Assembly (NCBI GenBank): GCA_964579825.1
Contig: CAZOHT010000008.1
Location: 33,613-97,612 of the forward strand
Direction: 5' to 3'
Length of the DNA: 64,000 nt
From: an uncultured Anaerolineaceae bacterium
Lineage (GTDB): Bacteria > Chloroflexota > Limnocylindria > Limnocylindrales > CSP1-4
The position numbers and the translations under genes were made by a program. Below are positions 28,977 to 37,450 of the stretch, piece by piece (positions within the stretch are counted from its first letter, which is position 1; the number at the start of each line of letters is the position of its first letter). The notes below the pieces were generated by a model. The model did not search any database, was not told the origin of the DNA, and saw only the letters and a list, made by a program, of their open reading frames with translations.

Positions 28977-30539
28977 CTAGAAGTCGGGTCCGATGATGAC
29001 CGGCTCGATGCCCAGGTCCTTGATGGTGATGTACTCCGGCTCCTGGTTGGCGAGGAACCACTCCACGTGGAGGATCGCCCGCTCGACCAGCCACGCGGCC
29101 ATGACCGTGTCGTCATGCTCCCCCACCCCGGCGTAGCGGCCATTCAGGAAGCCGTAGGCACCGAGCTCCGCCTGGAACCGGCGGGCGAGACGGAGCGACG
29201 GCACATCGCCCGACGGGATGATCCACCGACCTCCGTGGAACGCCCGTGACAGGCGAGGGATCCCATCCTGCAGGTCGGCCTTGTTGGACGAGAAGGTCTT
29301 GTGTCCCGAGATCACCTCGCGCGTTTGGGGCAGGCGCATCAGGGCATCGATGAGCCACTGCTGCATCCCGTTGTCCTCGACCTTGGCGACCGACACCCGG
29401 TGCTGGACGACCAGGTCTCGGATCAGCTCGATCTGGGCATCGAACTCCAGGCCCTTCTCGCGGCGCATGTCGAGGACCCGACGTGTGCCGGTGTCGACGT
29501 CGTAGGCGACGACGATCATGGCCGTGAAGTCCGCCCCGGCGGCGGCCGACCGCGCGGGGTCGATGCCGAGCACGACGACTTCGCGGTCGCCGGCGGGATG
29601 GCCGGTCCCGAGGATGAGATCCGCCCCGGCAACGAGCGCGCGCTGGGTCAGGTCGAACGGGAACAGGGACGAGGCGTCGTCACGCGGGTCATTCTGGTAC
29701 TCGCGACTGAAACTGACGGGGTCGGCGTCGCGGATGGCGTGCAGGGTGTCGGGCGGGAACCGTTCCGGCCACAGCGACTCGTCGGTCTCCTCGTCGAGCG
29801 CGCGGAACGTTTCGAACCGAAAGCCGAGCGGCGTATGGAGCGGATCGGGCTGCTTGCCCGTCCCCCGGCCCAGATGAGCCAGGAGGTCGGTCTGGTGGAT
29901 GGCCGTGCCGATGATAACGAGCCGAGCGGGCGCCATCGGCAGGATCGTGCCCATGAAGATGTCGAGCGTCTTCTGGCGCTGTAAGAGCGTCCCCGTGTTG
30001 GCATCGTTGAGGACGTCGTCGAGGAGGAGCACGTCGGGATGCATGCCGCGCAGGCTCGAGTGGAAGGACCGGGCCCCGACCGTGGCGCCATTGCGCAGGC
30101 GGACCCTGGTCGCCGACCAGCTGGCCCGCTGCCGAGTGCCGGCGCCCGCCTCGGGCAGCAGCGGCGCGAACAGCCGACTGTTCGCCTCCAGCAGGTCCCG
30201 CAACCGGACCATGTGTTCGGACACCTGTTCGAGCGTCGCACTGAACAGCATGATCTCGAACGGTCCGGGCGCGCCGTCGATGAGACGCCCGCTGGCGTCA
30301 CGTCCATGGCGCCAGCAGCACCAGGCGATGTAGGCGAGGAGGAGCGTCGTCTTGCCGTGCGAGCGCGGTGCCCGCAGGATCAGGCGCCGCTCCTCCGCGA
30401 CGAGATCCGTCCAGAGCATGAGATGGGCCGGGGTCGCGAGGGGCTTTCCGAACGGGTCGACGAGCGCGGTGAAGAACAGCGGAAAGCTCTGCCACAAGGC
30501 CGCCGCGCTGAGGTCCTCGGGCGTCGGCTCCGCGCTCAT
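28977..30539 (-). CDS. Phage terminase large subunit (TerL)-like ATPase/nuclease
   Basis: Walker A RAPRSHGKTTLLL, Walker B VLLLDDV, and a C-terminal RNaseH-like nuclease region (VVLGIDPARS...DFTAMIVVAYD...D). Stop codon overlaps the upstream TerS-like gene start. Confidence 0.7.
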   Translation of the reverse strand: MSAEPTPEDLSAAALWQSFPLFFTALVDPFGKPLATPAHLMLWTDLVAEERRLILRAPRSHGKTTLLLAYIAWCCWRHGRDASGRLIDGAPGPFEIMLFSATLEQVSEHMVRLRDLLEANSRLFAPLLPEAGAGTRQRASWSATRVRLRNGATVGARSFHSSLRGMHPDVLLLDDVLNDANTGTLLQRQKTLDIFMGTILPMAPARLVIIGTAIHQTDLLAHLGRGTGKQPDPLHTPLGFRFETFRALDEETDESLWPERFPPDTLHAIRDADPVSFSREYQNDPRDDASSLFPFDLTQRALVAGADLILGTGHPAGDREVVVLGIDPARSAAAGADFTAMIVVAYDVDTGTRRVLDMRREKGLEFDAQIELIRDLVVQHRVSVAKVEDNGMQQWLIDALMRLPQTREVISGHKTFSSNKADLQDGIPRLSRAFHGGRWIIPSGDVPSLRLARRFQAELGAYGFLNGRYAGVGEHDDTVMAAWLVERAILHVEWFLANQEPEYITIKDLGIEPVIIGPDF

Positions 30540-31030
30540 TCGCCGGCCTCGACGTGACGGACGGCGAAGCGGCTGACCCGCTCGACCGCCTCAGCCGACC
30601 CCGCATCCCCGATCCTGGCCGCCAACAGGCGCGGGATCATGGCCTCGATCAGGCCTGGCTCGATGACCACGACCGCATCCGCGTTCGGGGTGGCCCCTGC
30701 GTCAGCGTCCGGCCGTATCCCGAGGAGGGCGGCCCGGCGGCCCCAGCGCTCCCCGAACCGTCGGTCGAGCAGCGCCAGCGCGAGGCGCGGGTCGTTGAAG
30801 GCCGCCTGGGTCACGGTCCCCGCCAGGCGGAGCTCGAGCTCGGTCTCGACCCGGCGGACATCGTCGAGGAATTCGACATGGACGGGTGTGGTGCCGGCCA
30901 GGATCCGGTACAACGTGGCGGGCGACCAGCCGGCGTAGCGGGCCGCGGTCTCGGGGAAGACGCCGGTCCCGAGCGCGGAGAGGAAGCGATCTCGTCGGTC
31001 GGCGGTGAACTTCGATGGCCGGCCCATCAC
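30536..31030 (-). CDS. Phage terminase small subunit-like HTH protein
   Basis: N-terminal MMGRPSKFTADRRDRFLSALGTGVFPETAARYAGWSPATLYR is typical of TerS-type HTH proteins. Sits immediately 5' of TerL, with a 4-nt overlap. Confidence 0.5.
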   Translation of the reverse strand: MMGRPSKFTADRRDRFLSALGTGVFPETAARYAGWSPATLYRILAGTTPVHVEFLDDVRRVETELELRLAGTVTQAAFNDPRLALALLDRRFGERWGRRAALLGIRPDADAGATPNADAVVVIEPGLIEAMIPRLLAARIGDAGSAEAVERVSRFAVRHVEAGE

Positions 31031-32331
31031 GAGGCCTCGTCGATGAGTTCGGCGCGCTCGCCGGTGACGGCCTGCCAGCGCTCGATCGCGACCTGGACGA
31101 AGGCCGGGTCGATGTCCATCCCGAGGCAGCGCCGGCGGCTGAGCTCGGCCGCGATCAGGGTCGTGCCGCTGCCCAGGAACGGGTCATAGCAGATACCACC
31201 GACGACGAGGTGATTGCGGATCGGCCGTTCGAACAGGACGAGCGGCTTCTGCGACGGATGGTCGACCTTGGGATCGGCGTCGACGCCGCCGACCTTGGGC
31301 GACGGCGCCTCCCAGACGGTGCCCTGGTCGCGGCCGCCCAGGAAGCGGAGGCGCGAGCCCTGGCGCCGCACGACGAGGCAGCTCTCGTGCTGCCAGTGAT
31401 ACCAGCGCGGACCGACGACCCAGCGAGACTTCTTCCAGCAGATCTCGGACACGATCTCGAAGCCGATCCGCTCGAGACCCGCCGAGACCGGACCGGCGAA
31501 GATGGCCGGCCGCCAGACGTAGCCGACGTCGAGGCTCGGCACGAGCTCGAATGCCGCCGACCACTCGGCCCGGGCGTCGCCCGCGATCCCGACGCGCCGA
31601 TGGCCGGTTCCCCGGCGGGCGTTCGGTCGGGTACCGCCGTCGCGGGCGTGGCGCTGCGCCAGGTCGAGCCGGACGCCGTACGGCGGATCCGTCGCGAGCA
31701 GGGCCGGTCGCTCGCCGGCGAGGAGCCGGGCGACCGCGGCCGGGTCGAGGGCGTCGCCGCACAGGATCCGGTTCGCCCCGAGCCGCCACAACTGCCCGGG
31801 CCGGACATAGATGGCCGACGGGTCGGGCATGGCCGGAACCGCATCGGGATCGGCCCTGGGGCGATTGATCCGCGGGAGCGATTCGGCTAGGGTGTCCAGC
31901 ATGACCTGCAGGTCATCGGCCAGCGGGGCGAGGCTCGCGATGAGCGCCTCGAGGGCCGCCGGGTCGGCGACGGCCATACCGCCGATGGTGTCGAACGTCG
32001 CGAGGACCTGGCGCTCCTCGTCGGGATCGAGCTCGACGAACGTGACCGGGACCGTCGGCTCCCCTCGTGCGACCGCCTCCTCGACGCGGGCGTGGCCATC
32101 AAGGATCCGGCCGGTCCGCCGATTCACGATCGCGCCCTGGACCCAGCCGACGTCGCTCAGGGCCGCCCGCAGCGCCCGGCGCTGGTGGGCGGGATGGCGT
32201 CGCCAGTTCTCTGGATGGGCCAGGAGGGTGTCGGGCGCGACCTCCGCGTGACCCACGACGCGGTTGCGCCAGGGGTCGGCCTGTGGACGGGTCAACGAGG
32301 ATGCGCGCGAGCGGTCTGAAGTTCGGGCCAT
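31027..32331 (-). CDS. ParB-like nuclease N-terminal domain fused to an N6-adenine/N4-cytosine DNA methyltransferase
   Basis: ParB-N-like region (GRILDGHARVEEAVARGEPTVPV). DPPYG catalytic motif. HPSQKPLVLFERPIRN SAM-binding motif of beta-class amino-methyltransferases. Common phage or mobile-element gene. Confidence 0.75.
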   Translation of the reverse strand: MARTSDRSRASSLTRPQADPWRNRVVGHAEVAPDTLLAHPENWRRHPAHQRRALRAALSDVGWVQGAIVNRRTGRILDGHARVEEAVARGEPTVPVTFVELDPDEERQVLATFDTIGGMAVADPAALEALIASLAPLADDLQVMLDTLAESLPRINRPRADPDAVPAMPDPSAIYVRPGQLWRLGANRILCGDALDPAAVARLLAGERPALLATDPPYGVRLDLAQRHARDGGTRPNARRGTGHRRVGIAGDARAEWSAAFELVPSLDVGYVWRPAIFAGPVSAGLERIGFEIVSEICWKKSRWVVGPRWYHWQHESCLVVRRQGSRLRFLGGRDQGTVWEAPSPKVGGVDADPKVDHPSQKPLVLFERPIRNHLVVGGICYDPFLGSGTTLIAAELSRRRCLGMDIDPAFVQVAIERWQAVTGERAELIDEAS

Positions 32332-32474
32332 GAAATCGCCTCCGTGACAGGAGCTACTCGTAGCTCGCGTCGTGGAGGCGTCAGATCGCTGCGCCTGCTC
32401 CCGCGCGGGGTTCGTCCGGACTTATGTCGCTGCCGCCGAACTCCCGAAAGTCTAGTACGCCTTGGCCGGCTCGG

Positions 32475-32897
32475 CTAGCGCGTGGCTCCGCCCGGATCGT
32501 CGTTCGAGCGCCGGCGCGCCGCCAGGAACGCGGCCAGGTCCGCGACCGTCCGCCGGTCGGCGGGTGTCAGCGCATCAGCGGCGAAGCCGGGCAGGGCTCC
32601 AGGACCCAGCTCGCCCAGTTCGCTCCGAAGGCGCTCGATCGGCACCGCCCACAAGGTCTCGAGCAACTCGACCAGTGGGAGCCCGGTGGCATCCGAGAGC
32701 GCGATGAGATCGTCGGGCGTCGGGCGGGCCCGCGAGGGTCGGGTCGGATCGAGCAGCGCCGCGACGTAGCCAGGATCGCGGCCCATCGCCAGACTCAGGC
32801 TGCGCATCGAACGCCCAGAGCGCGCCAGCACGTCGCGCAGGGCCTGCCGGAACGCGTCGTCCGAGAGCGGCTGGTGGGAACCCTCTGGTGGTTGCAT
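32475..32897 (-). CDS. XRE/Cro-CI-like HTH transcriptional regulator
   Basis: 140 aa with HTH segment LRDVLARSGRSMRSLSLAMGRDPGYVAALL. Divergent from the integrase gene, with TGACGT-type repeats in the 29-bp spacer. Confidence 0.5.
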   Translation of the reverse strand: MQPPEGSHQPLSDDAFRQALRDVLARSGRSMRSLSLAMGRDPGYVAALLDPTRPSRARPTPDDLIALSDATGLPLVELLETLWAVPIERLRSELGELGPGALPGFAADALTPADRRTVADLAAFLAARRRSNDDPGGATR

Positions 32898-32928
32898 CTG
32901 ACGTCAGTGTGACGTAAGATAACGTCAT
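32898..32928. promoter_or_regulatory. Operator-like array of three ACGT-core half-sites (TGACGTCA, TGACGTAA, AACGTCAT) spaced ~10 bp apart in the 29-bp divergent spacer between the Cro/CI-like regulator and the integrase
   Basis: Seen directly: ctgacgtcagtgtgacgtaagataacgtcatg. TGACGTCA is itself a perfect palindrome. One-helical-turn spacing. Confidence 0.45.
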
Positions 32929-34015
32929 GTCAAGCGGGTTGGTCGCGGAGCGGATCGCGGACCCGCCGTCTGTCGCGACGCAGCCACCGGTCGGGCCAGT
33001 GGCCGGTCGGGAGCTTGCGCCACTGATCGCCGAGTACAGCGCCATTTATGGCCCGTCCTGGAAGCCAGCGACCGTCCGCAAGCACCGCGACGACTACCGA
33101 CGGCTCCTGGACTGGCTGACCGAGACGGGCCGGCCGACGACGACCGCATCGCTCGACTTCCTGACCCTCGCCGCCTACGTCACCGAACTGCGCAGCTGGA
33201 CGCCCAGTCGCGGCGTCGCGCGCGGAACTCGCCCCTGCCCGCCCGTGCGGTCGTCTACCGGCCAGGTTGCGACGCTCTCTGCGAACACGATCAACACGTA
33301 CATGCGGCCGATCCGCTCGTTCGCGATCTGGTTAGTTGACGAAGGCATCCTGCCGATGAACCCGTTTCGGCGGTCGCGGCGACGCGCCGCCCTCAACCCG
33401 CTGCTGCCGGCCGAGGACACCCCGACCAAGGGCGCCAGCCTGACCGACCTCCGCACGCTCGAACTGGGTTGCGCTGGCGCAGAGCCGATCGACCTGCGTG
33501 ACCGGGCCATCCTGGCCGTGCTCGTGACCACGGCCGCACGCAATAGCTCAGTGCGCCTGCTTCGACTCGACGATGTCGATCTGGACCGCGACCTGATCTG
33601 CTTCCATCGTGCCAAGGGCGACAAGACTCTGGAGATCACGCTGCATCCGAACGCCCGTGCCGCCATCGCGGCCTACCTCGAAGTCGGCCGGCCGGCGCTC
33701 GTCGGGACCGGCGAGGACCACGGCTACCTGTTTGTGTCGCGCAACCGGCCGTCCGAGCCACTGACGATGCATGCCCTGTCGCTCATGCTCACTCGCCGCT
33801 ACCGGGCTGGCGGTGGGTCCCTCCCTTACTTCGGCTCGCATCGGATCCGCCATGCGACGGCGACCATCCTGGTGAACAACGGCATGCCGCTCGAGGAAGT
33901 CTCCCGCTACCTTGGCCACAGCTCGACCGCGCCGACTCGTCGCTATGCGCAGCAGACGCCGGACTCGCTCGGGCGACGGGCTGCTGAGGCCTTGGCACGA
34001 GCGGGACTCACATGA
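32927..34015 (+). CDS. Tyrosine recombinase / phage-type integrase
   Basis: C-terminal catalytic region HRIRHATATILVNNGMPLEEVSRYLGHSSTAPTRRYA (R...HxxR...Y nucleophile). 362 aa with an N-terminal SAM-like domain. Confidence 0.8.
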   Translation: MSSGLVAERIADPPSVATQPPVGPVAGRELAPLIAEYSAIYGPSWKPATVRKHRDDYRRLLDWLTETGRPTTTASLDFLTLAAYVTELRSWTPSRGVARGTRPCPPVRSSTGQVATLSANTINTYMRPIRSFAIWLVDEGILPMNPFRRSRRRAALNPLLPAEDTPTKGASLTDLRTLELGCAGAEPIDLRDRAILAVLVTTAARNSSVRLLRLDDVDLDRDLICFHRAKGDKTLEITLHPNARAAIAAYLEVGRPALVGTGEDHGYLFVSRNRPSEPLTMHALSLMLTRRYRAGGGSLPYFGSHRIRHATATILVNNGMPLEEVSRYLGHSSTAPTRRYAQQTPDSLGRRAAEALARAGLT

Positions 34016-34329
34016 CCTCGACGAACCAGGCTAGGCCCCAGCGTCCGCGACCGGACGCCCTGCTCCGACGCTACCTCCCGCCGCACTACGTCGGGCGACT
34101 GCCGATCGATGGCATGGCGTGGCGTGGGCGCGCCATCCTGCTGCTCTGGGGTCTCGGCTATCCGTTCGAGATGGCATGGTCGCTCGGACTAGCGGACGAT
34201 GTCGACTATACCCGCGACATGGGCGCGGCCATCGGCCGACTCGACGATGCTCAACTCATCGACCTGCTCGATGCGACCGCCGAGAGGCGCGGCGACGCGA
34301 GCCACCTGCAGTGGGTGTCGTTCGGCTAG
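34012..34329 (+). CDS. Hypothetical small protein, start overlapping the integrase stop codon
   Basis: 105-aa ORF whose ATG overlaps the integrase stop. Composition is only moderately protein-like. Confidence 0.25.
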   Translation: MTSTNQARPQRPRPDALLRRYLPPHYVGRLPIDGMAWRGRAILLLWGLGYPFEMAWSLGLADDVDYTRDMGAAIGRLDDAQLIDLLDATAERRGDASHLQWVSFG

Positions 34330-34700
34330 GCACGTGACCCCGCGTTGCCGCCCCTCGCCCGTCGTCGGCTGAGCCGGTCCTTGACGCCTCGCCGCCGAAC
34401 GACCGCCGGGGGACCGCCTCACGGGCGGCAATGCTGAAAGTTCAGTCGGTCCCGCTCGCGAGGTAGGCCGTGAAGACGCGGCGCGCACGTTCAAGGTGAT
34501 CCATCATCGCGAGCTCATCTGGGGACCGCTGGGTACCACCGCTCTACAAGAGCCCGACTGGGACGCCGTCGTCCTCGCATACATGGAAGCGACCGAGGAG
34601 ATGGCGACGTCCGAGTAGATCGCCTTACAACAGTTGGCCTTGGAGCCAAGGCGCCTCGTTGGCGAGCCCACCCTGTTCAAGATCAGCTGACGGCGACGGG

Positions 34701-35408
34701 CTAGACGCGGCCAAGGTCGATGGCGATGCCCTGCTTGTGCATCTCCTTGGCCAATTGCAGCTTCACCTCATCAACGTCGTCCGTGAAGGCGTAGTAGATC
34801 AGGCCCTGGAGATCGGAGGGCCGTTCCATCTTCGCCTGGTCCTTGAGGAGGATCGCGACTCGCGCACGACCGAGTTTCGCCAATAGCAGCCCAAGTTCCA
34901 GGACCACGTTCTGTCGCGCTCGCGACTTCCGCTCGTCGTCCCTTCCGACGGCATTCCCAACGTCGTCAGGGGTGGCCAGGACGACCCCGAATCGAACGTC
35001 ATCCCTGGCGTACTTCTCCAACTTCTCGATGAGCGTCGTCCCCTCCGACGGCAGCTGCTCGAGGATCAGGGGCTCAAGGTTCCAGCGGCGCAGCATCGCC
35101 TCTAGTTGCGTGCGCGCTCCAATGTCGTGTCCGTACACGACGAAGACGTCCCGGTTGGTGGAGTCTGCGCCAGCAGGTTGCCCGCGCGCCGGTCGTGGTT
35201 TTCCACCGCCGTCTACTACGCCGAGAAGCTCGCGGACTCGCGCGGCGAGGTCGGGACTGCCTTGCACCTGAACTGTGCCGTTGTCATACGCATTGACGAC
35301 TGCGCCCTTGATCCTTACTTGATCGCCGAGATCGTTGGCGAGTCGGGTGGGTCCGTTTGGCACGTATCCGGCGCCCGCGAGCTTTTCCTTTATCTCGTCA
35401 GCGTCCAA
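34701..35408 (-). CDS. TIR-like domain protein (PF10137-type), copy B, inverted relative to copy A
   Basis: AGGAGG-6 nt-TTG start. 235 aa collinear with 16070..16777, with 15 substitutions concentrated in residues ~16-85. The TIR-like core is nearly identical. The 3' 45 nt differ at 2 synonymous positions. Confidence 0.55.
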   Translation of the reverse strand: MDADEIKEKLAGAGYVPNGPTRLANDLGDQVRIKGAVVNAYDNGTVQVQGSPDLAARVRELLGVVDGGGKPRPARGQPAGADSTNRDVFVVYGHDIGARTQLEAMLRRWNLEPLILEQLPSEGTTLIEKLEKYARDDVRFGVVLATPDDVGNAVGRDDERKSRARQNVVLELGLLLAKLGRARVAILLKDQAKMERPSDLQGLIYYAFTDDVDEVKLQLAKEMHKQGIAIDLGRV

Positions 35409-35768
35409 CCAATTCCTCCTAACCCCTCCAGTACGATTGATGACTCCAGCAAACACCCGGTGCTCCTGAGCGGATTTGGCTGGGGAGAACCGAGATCGAA
35501 CCTAGGAGCGACTGAAATGAGGAGGTCGCATAAGTGGCGGGGCCGCCCTGCGTCGGTTTTCGTTCGTCTGTAGTGTGACCAGTTGGCCCCGCCAAACGCC
35601 CTCACCGGGATACAACGCCACGAATTCCAGTGGATCCGCGACAGGTCCGGTCGAAGGGACGTACCTGGCGTACCTAGTTTCACCTCGCCGGTGTGACCTT
35701 CCTGCCCACTACTCCTTCGGCCGTTCGGAGTTGAGGCTCTCGCGGACGAGCGGGATCGAAGCGAAATG

Positions 35769-36116
35769 TCAGGTCCAAGGATGACTCCAGACGCGATTGC
35801 ACTCGGCCTCCCAGAACCCGCGATCGGAGAGGTTGCTGGAGCCAGGTCGCAGCTCTCGTGCCACCTGGAAGAAGCCACGTGACGCGATGGGATCAGGCTG
35901 GTCAAGGACTACCAGGGCGGAGATGAGCGGGTTGGCGGCTTCGCTCTCGCGACGATTCAGCTCGTCGAGGACTTGACCGAAGTAGCCCCGACCGCCGTAC
36001 CGGTTCATGATCGCTCCGTACGGAATCAACTCGCGACGCTGCGCCACTGCGACGAGCTCAACTCGAGCCTGCGGTACATAGAGGTCCAGCCTCTCGGCGC
36101 TCAGTTTCGGCATCAA
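35769..36116 (-). CDS. Hypothetical protein (115 aa)
   Basis: ORF with reasonably protein-like composition (LDLYVPQARVELVAVAQRRELIPYGAIMNRYGGRGYFGQVLDEL). No recognised family. Confidence 0.3.
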   Translation of the reverse strand: MMPKLSAERLDLYVPQARVELVAVAQRRELIPYGAIMNRYGGRGYFGQVLDELNRRESEAANPLISALVVLDQPDPIASRGFFQVARELRPGSSNLSDRGFWEAECNRVWSHPWT

Positions 36117-36217
36117 TCCTTCCTCTGCTTGTGCCTAGGCAACCCAGGAAAGCCCTACCAGTCGCGGACCTCGGAAGGAACAGACCCAACATGGTGTCGA
36201 ATGGCAGACGGCTGCGA

Positions 36218-36450
36218 TCAGCCCTTGGTCTTGCGCGGGTCATTGGCGGGTGCGATCGTGTCCTTTGCACGAATCTTCCCGTCGCGACCCTGCGTGATCC
36301 GCTCGCCGCCACCCGACTTCTTGAGGTCCTTGCCGGCCTGCTTCTCGGCGTTCGCCTGAGTCCGATGATTCGTGGTCTTGCCGTTTGGGTCGACGTTCTG
36401 CCAACCCTTGCCGGTCGACCTGGGACCGACAATCCGCTTGTTTCCCGCCA
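36218..36450 (-). CDS. DUF2188-family small protein
   Basis: MAGNKRIVGPRSTGKGWQNVDPNGKTTNHRTQANAEKQAGKDLKKSGGGERITQGRDGKIRAKDTIAPANDP matches the DUF2188 pattern (GW.V...Q...EL.IH..DG.IR..DSYG.DP). GAGGAG upstream of the ATG at 36450. Confidence 0.5.
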
Positions 36451-36886
36451 TTCGTGAGGCTCCTCTCGTTACACGGACCGGTCGACGGCCCTCGCTGGCC
36501 TGAACCAATTGAGCGCGGTCGCGAATGCAATAAACGGCGAGCGCGCCAAGGCCAGGGCTGTATGGCCAGGAGTCCTTGGTCACCGTTTGCAGATATCCGT
36601 CGTTGTAATCGGGCGGCAATTCAGGCGGGTCGGCTCCACCCACGCCCTCGGCGATGCCTCGACCGCCGATCGCGTCATCTCGCGCCCGGTGACGACACGG
36701 TCAAAGGTCGCCCACAGCGCGTCCGCGGATCGCTCCGCTCGATAGAAGCCTTCCGCCGCGGAATAGACCCAGCCGCGCTGTGGAAACGAGAACCCCTTGC
36801 CAGTTCGAACGGAGAGATCTCGGACGGGGTTCCGGCTCAGGGCAACGATGTCCGCCGCACGGAATGGCCGGTCAAGCACGACGCGG

Positions 36887-37141
36887 TCAGTGCTCCCGAT
36901 CCTTCGGCGGGTTCGGGTCGTTCTTCGCGATCGTGTCCGAGCTACGGATCTTGCCGTCCACGCCGTGCGTGATCACCTCCGAGCCACCCGTCCGACGGGC
37001 AAGATCCTTGGCGGCTTGCTCGGCGGCAGCCTGCGTGGGCTGGATAGGAATGCTCGAGCGCTTGCCGCCGGCCCGCGTCGCACCCCAGCCATCGGGGCCT
37101 TTCGTGACGTGGATCTGGTTCGGGTTGGCCTTCTTCGCCAC
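36887..37141 (-). CDS. DUF2188-family small protein (paralogue of 36218..36450)
   Basis: MAKKANPNQIHVTKGPDGWGATRAGGKRSSIPIQPTQAAAEQAAKDLARRTGGSEVITHGVDGKIRSSDTIAKNDP. GTG start. Confidence 0.5.
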   Translation of the reverse strand: MAKKANPNQIHVTKGPDGWGATRAGGKRSSIPIQPTQAAAEQAAKDLARRTGGSEVITHGVDGKIRSSDTIAKNDPNPPKDREH

Positions 37142-37450
37142 TGTTTGATACCTCAGGGAGGCCCCTCGCAGGGCGACTTGGTGCGAGCGGTCTCGCGTCG
37201 TCGCATCAGCATCGGCCCCGACACACGTCCCGGCAACTGGGCGAATCCCTATATGCCGCGGGCCCTACACGATGAGCGCGCGGCGCTCCTCGTCAGTTCG
37301 TCGTTCTGGGGCAGCGCGAAGGAGGCGTTGAGCGACGTGGCGACGGGCGCAGGGTTCCGCCCCATGTTCAATCTGCTGGCCGGTGAGACCGTCGCCGGAG
37401 CCCATAGGCCAGTCGTGCTACATGACATGTGCTGCGAAAGGGGGCCGAAC

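Noticed and set aside
29648-32331. Multiple 100-230-aa ORFs overlapping TerL and the ParB-methylase in other frames (e.g. 29648..30307, 31155..31844)
   Set aside because: Ser/Arg/Pro-rich artefactual frames. The annotated frames carry clear catalytic motifs.
35466-35500. tRNA-like 3' end on the minus strand (ggttcgatctcggttctccccagcca, ending in CCA) next to TIR-like copy B. Considered as a possible att/tRNA remnant pairing with the tRNA-Gly fragment at 3.7 kb.
   Set aside because: I could not fold a T-arm or find a complementary 5' acceptor strand (TGGGGAG) upstream. There is also no similarity to the 3666-3740 remnant. Probably a chance resemblance.
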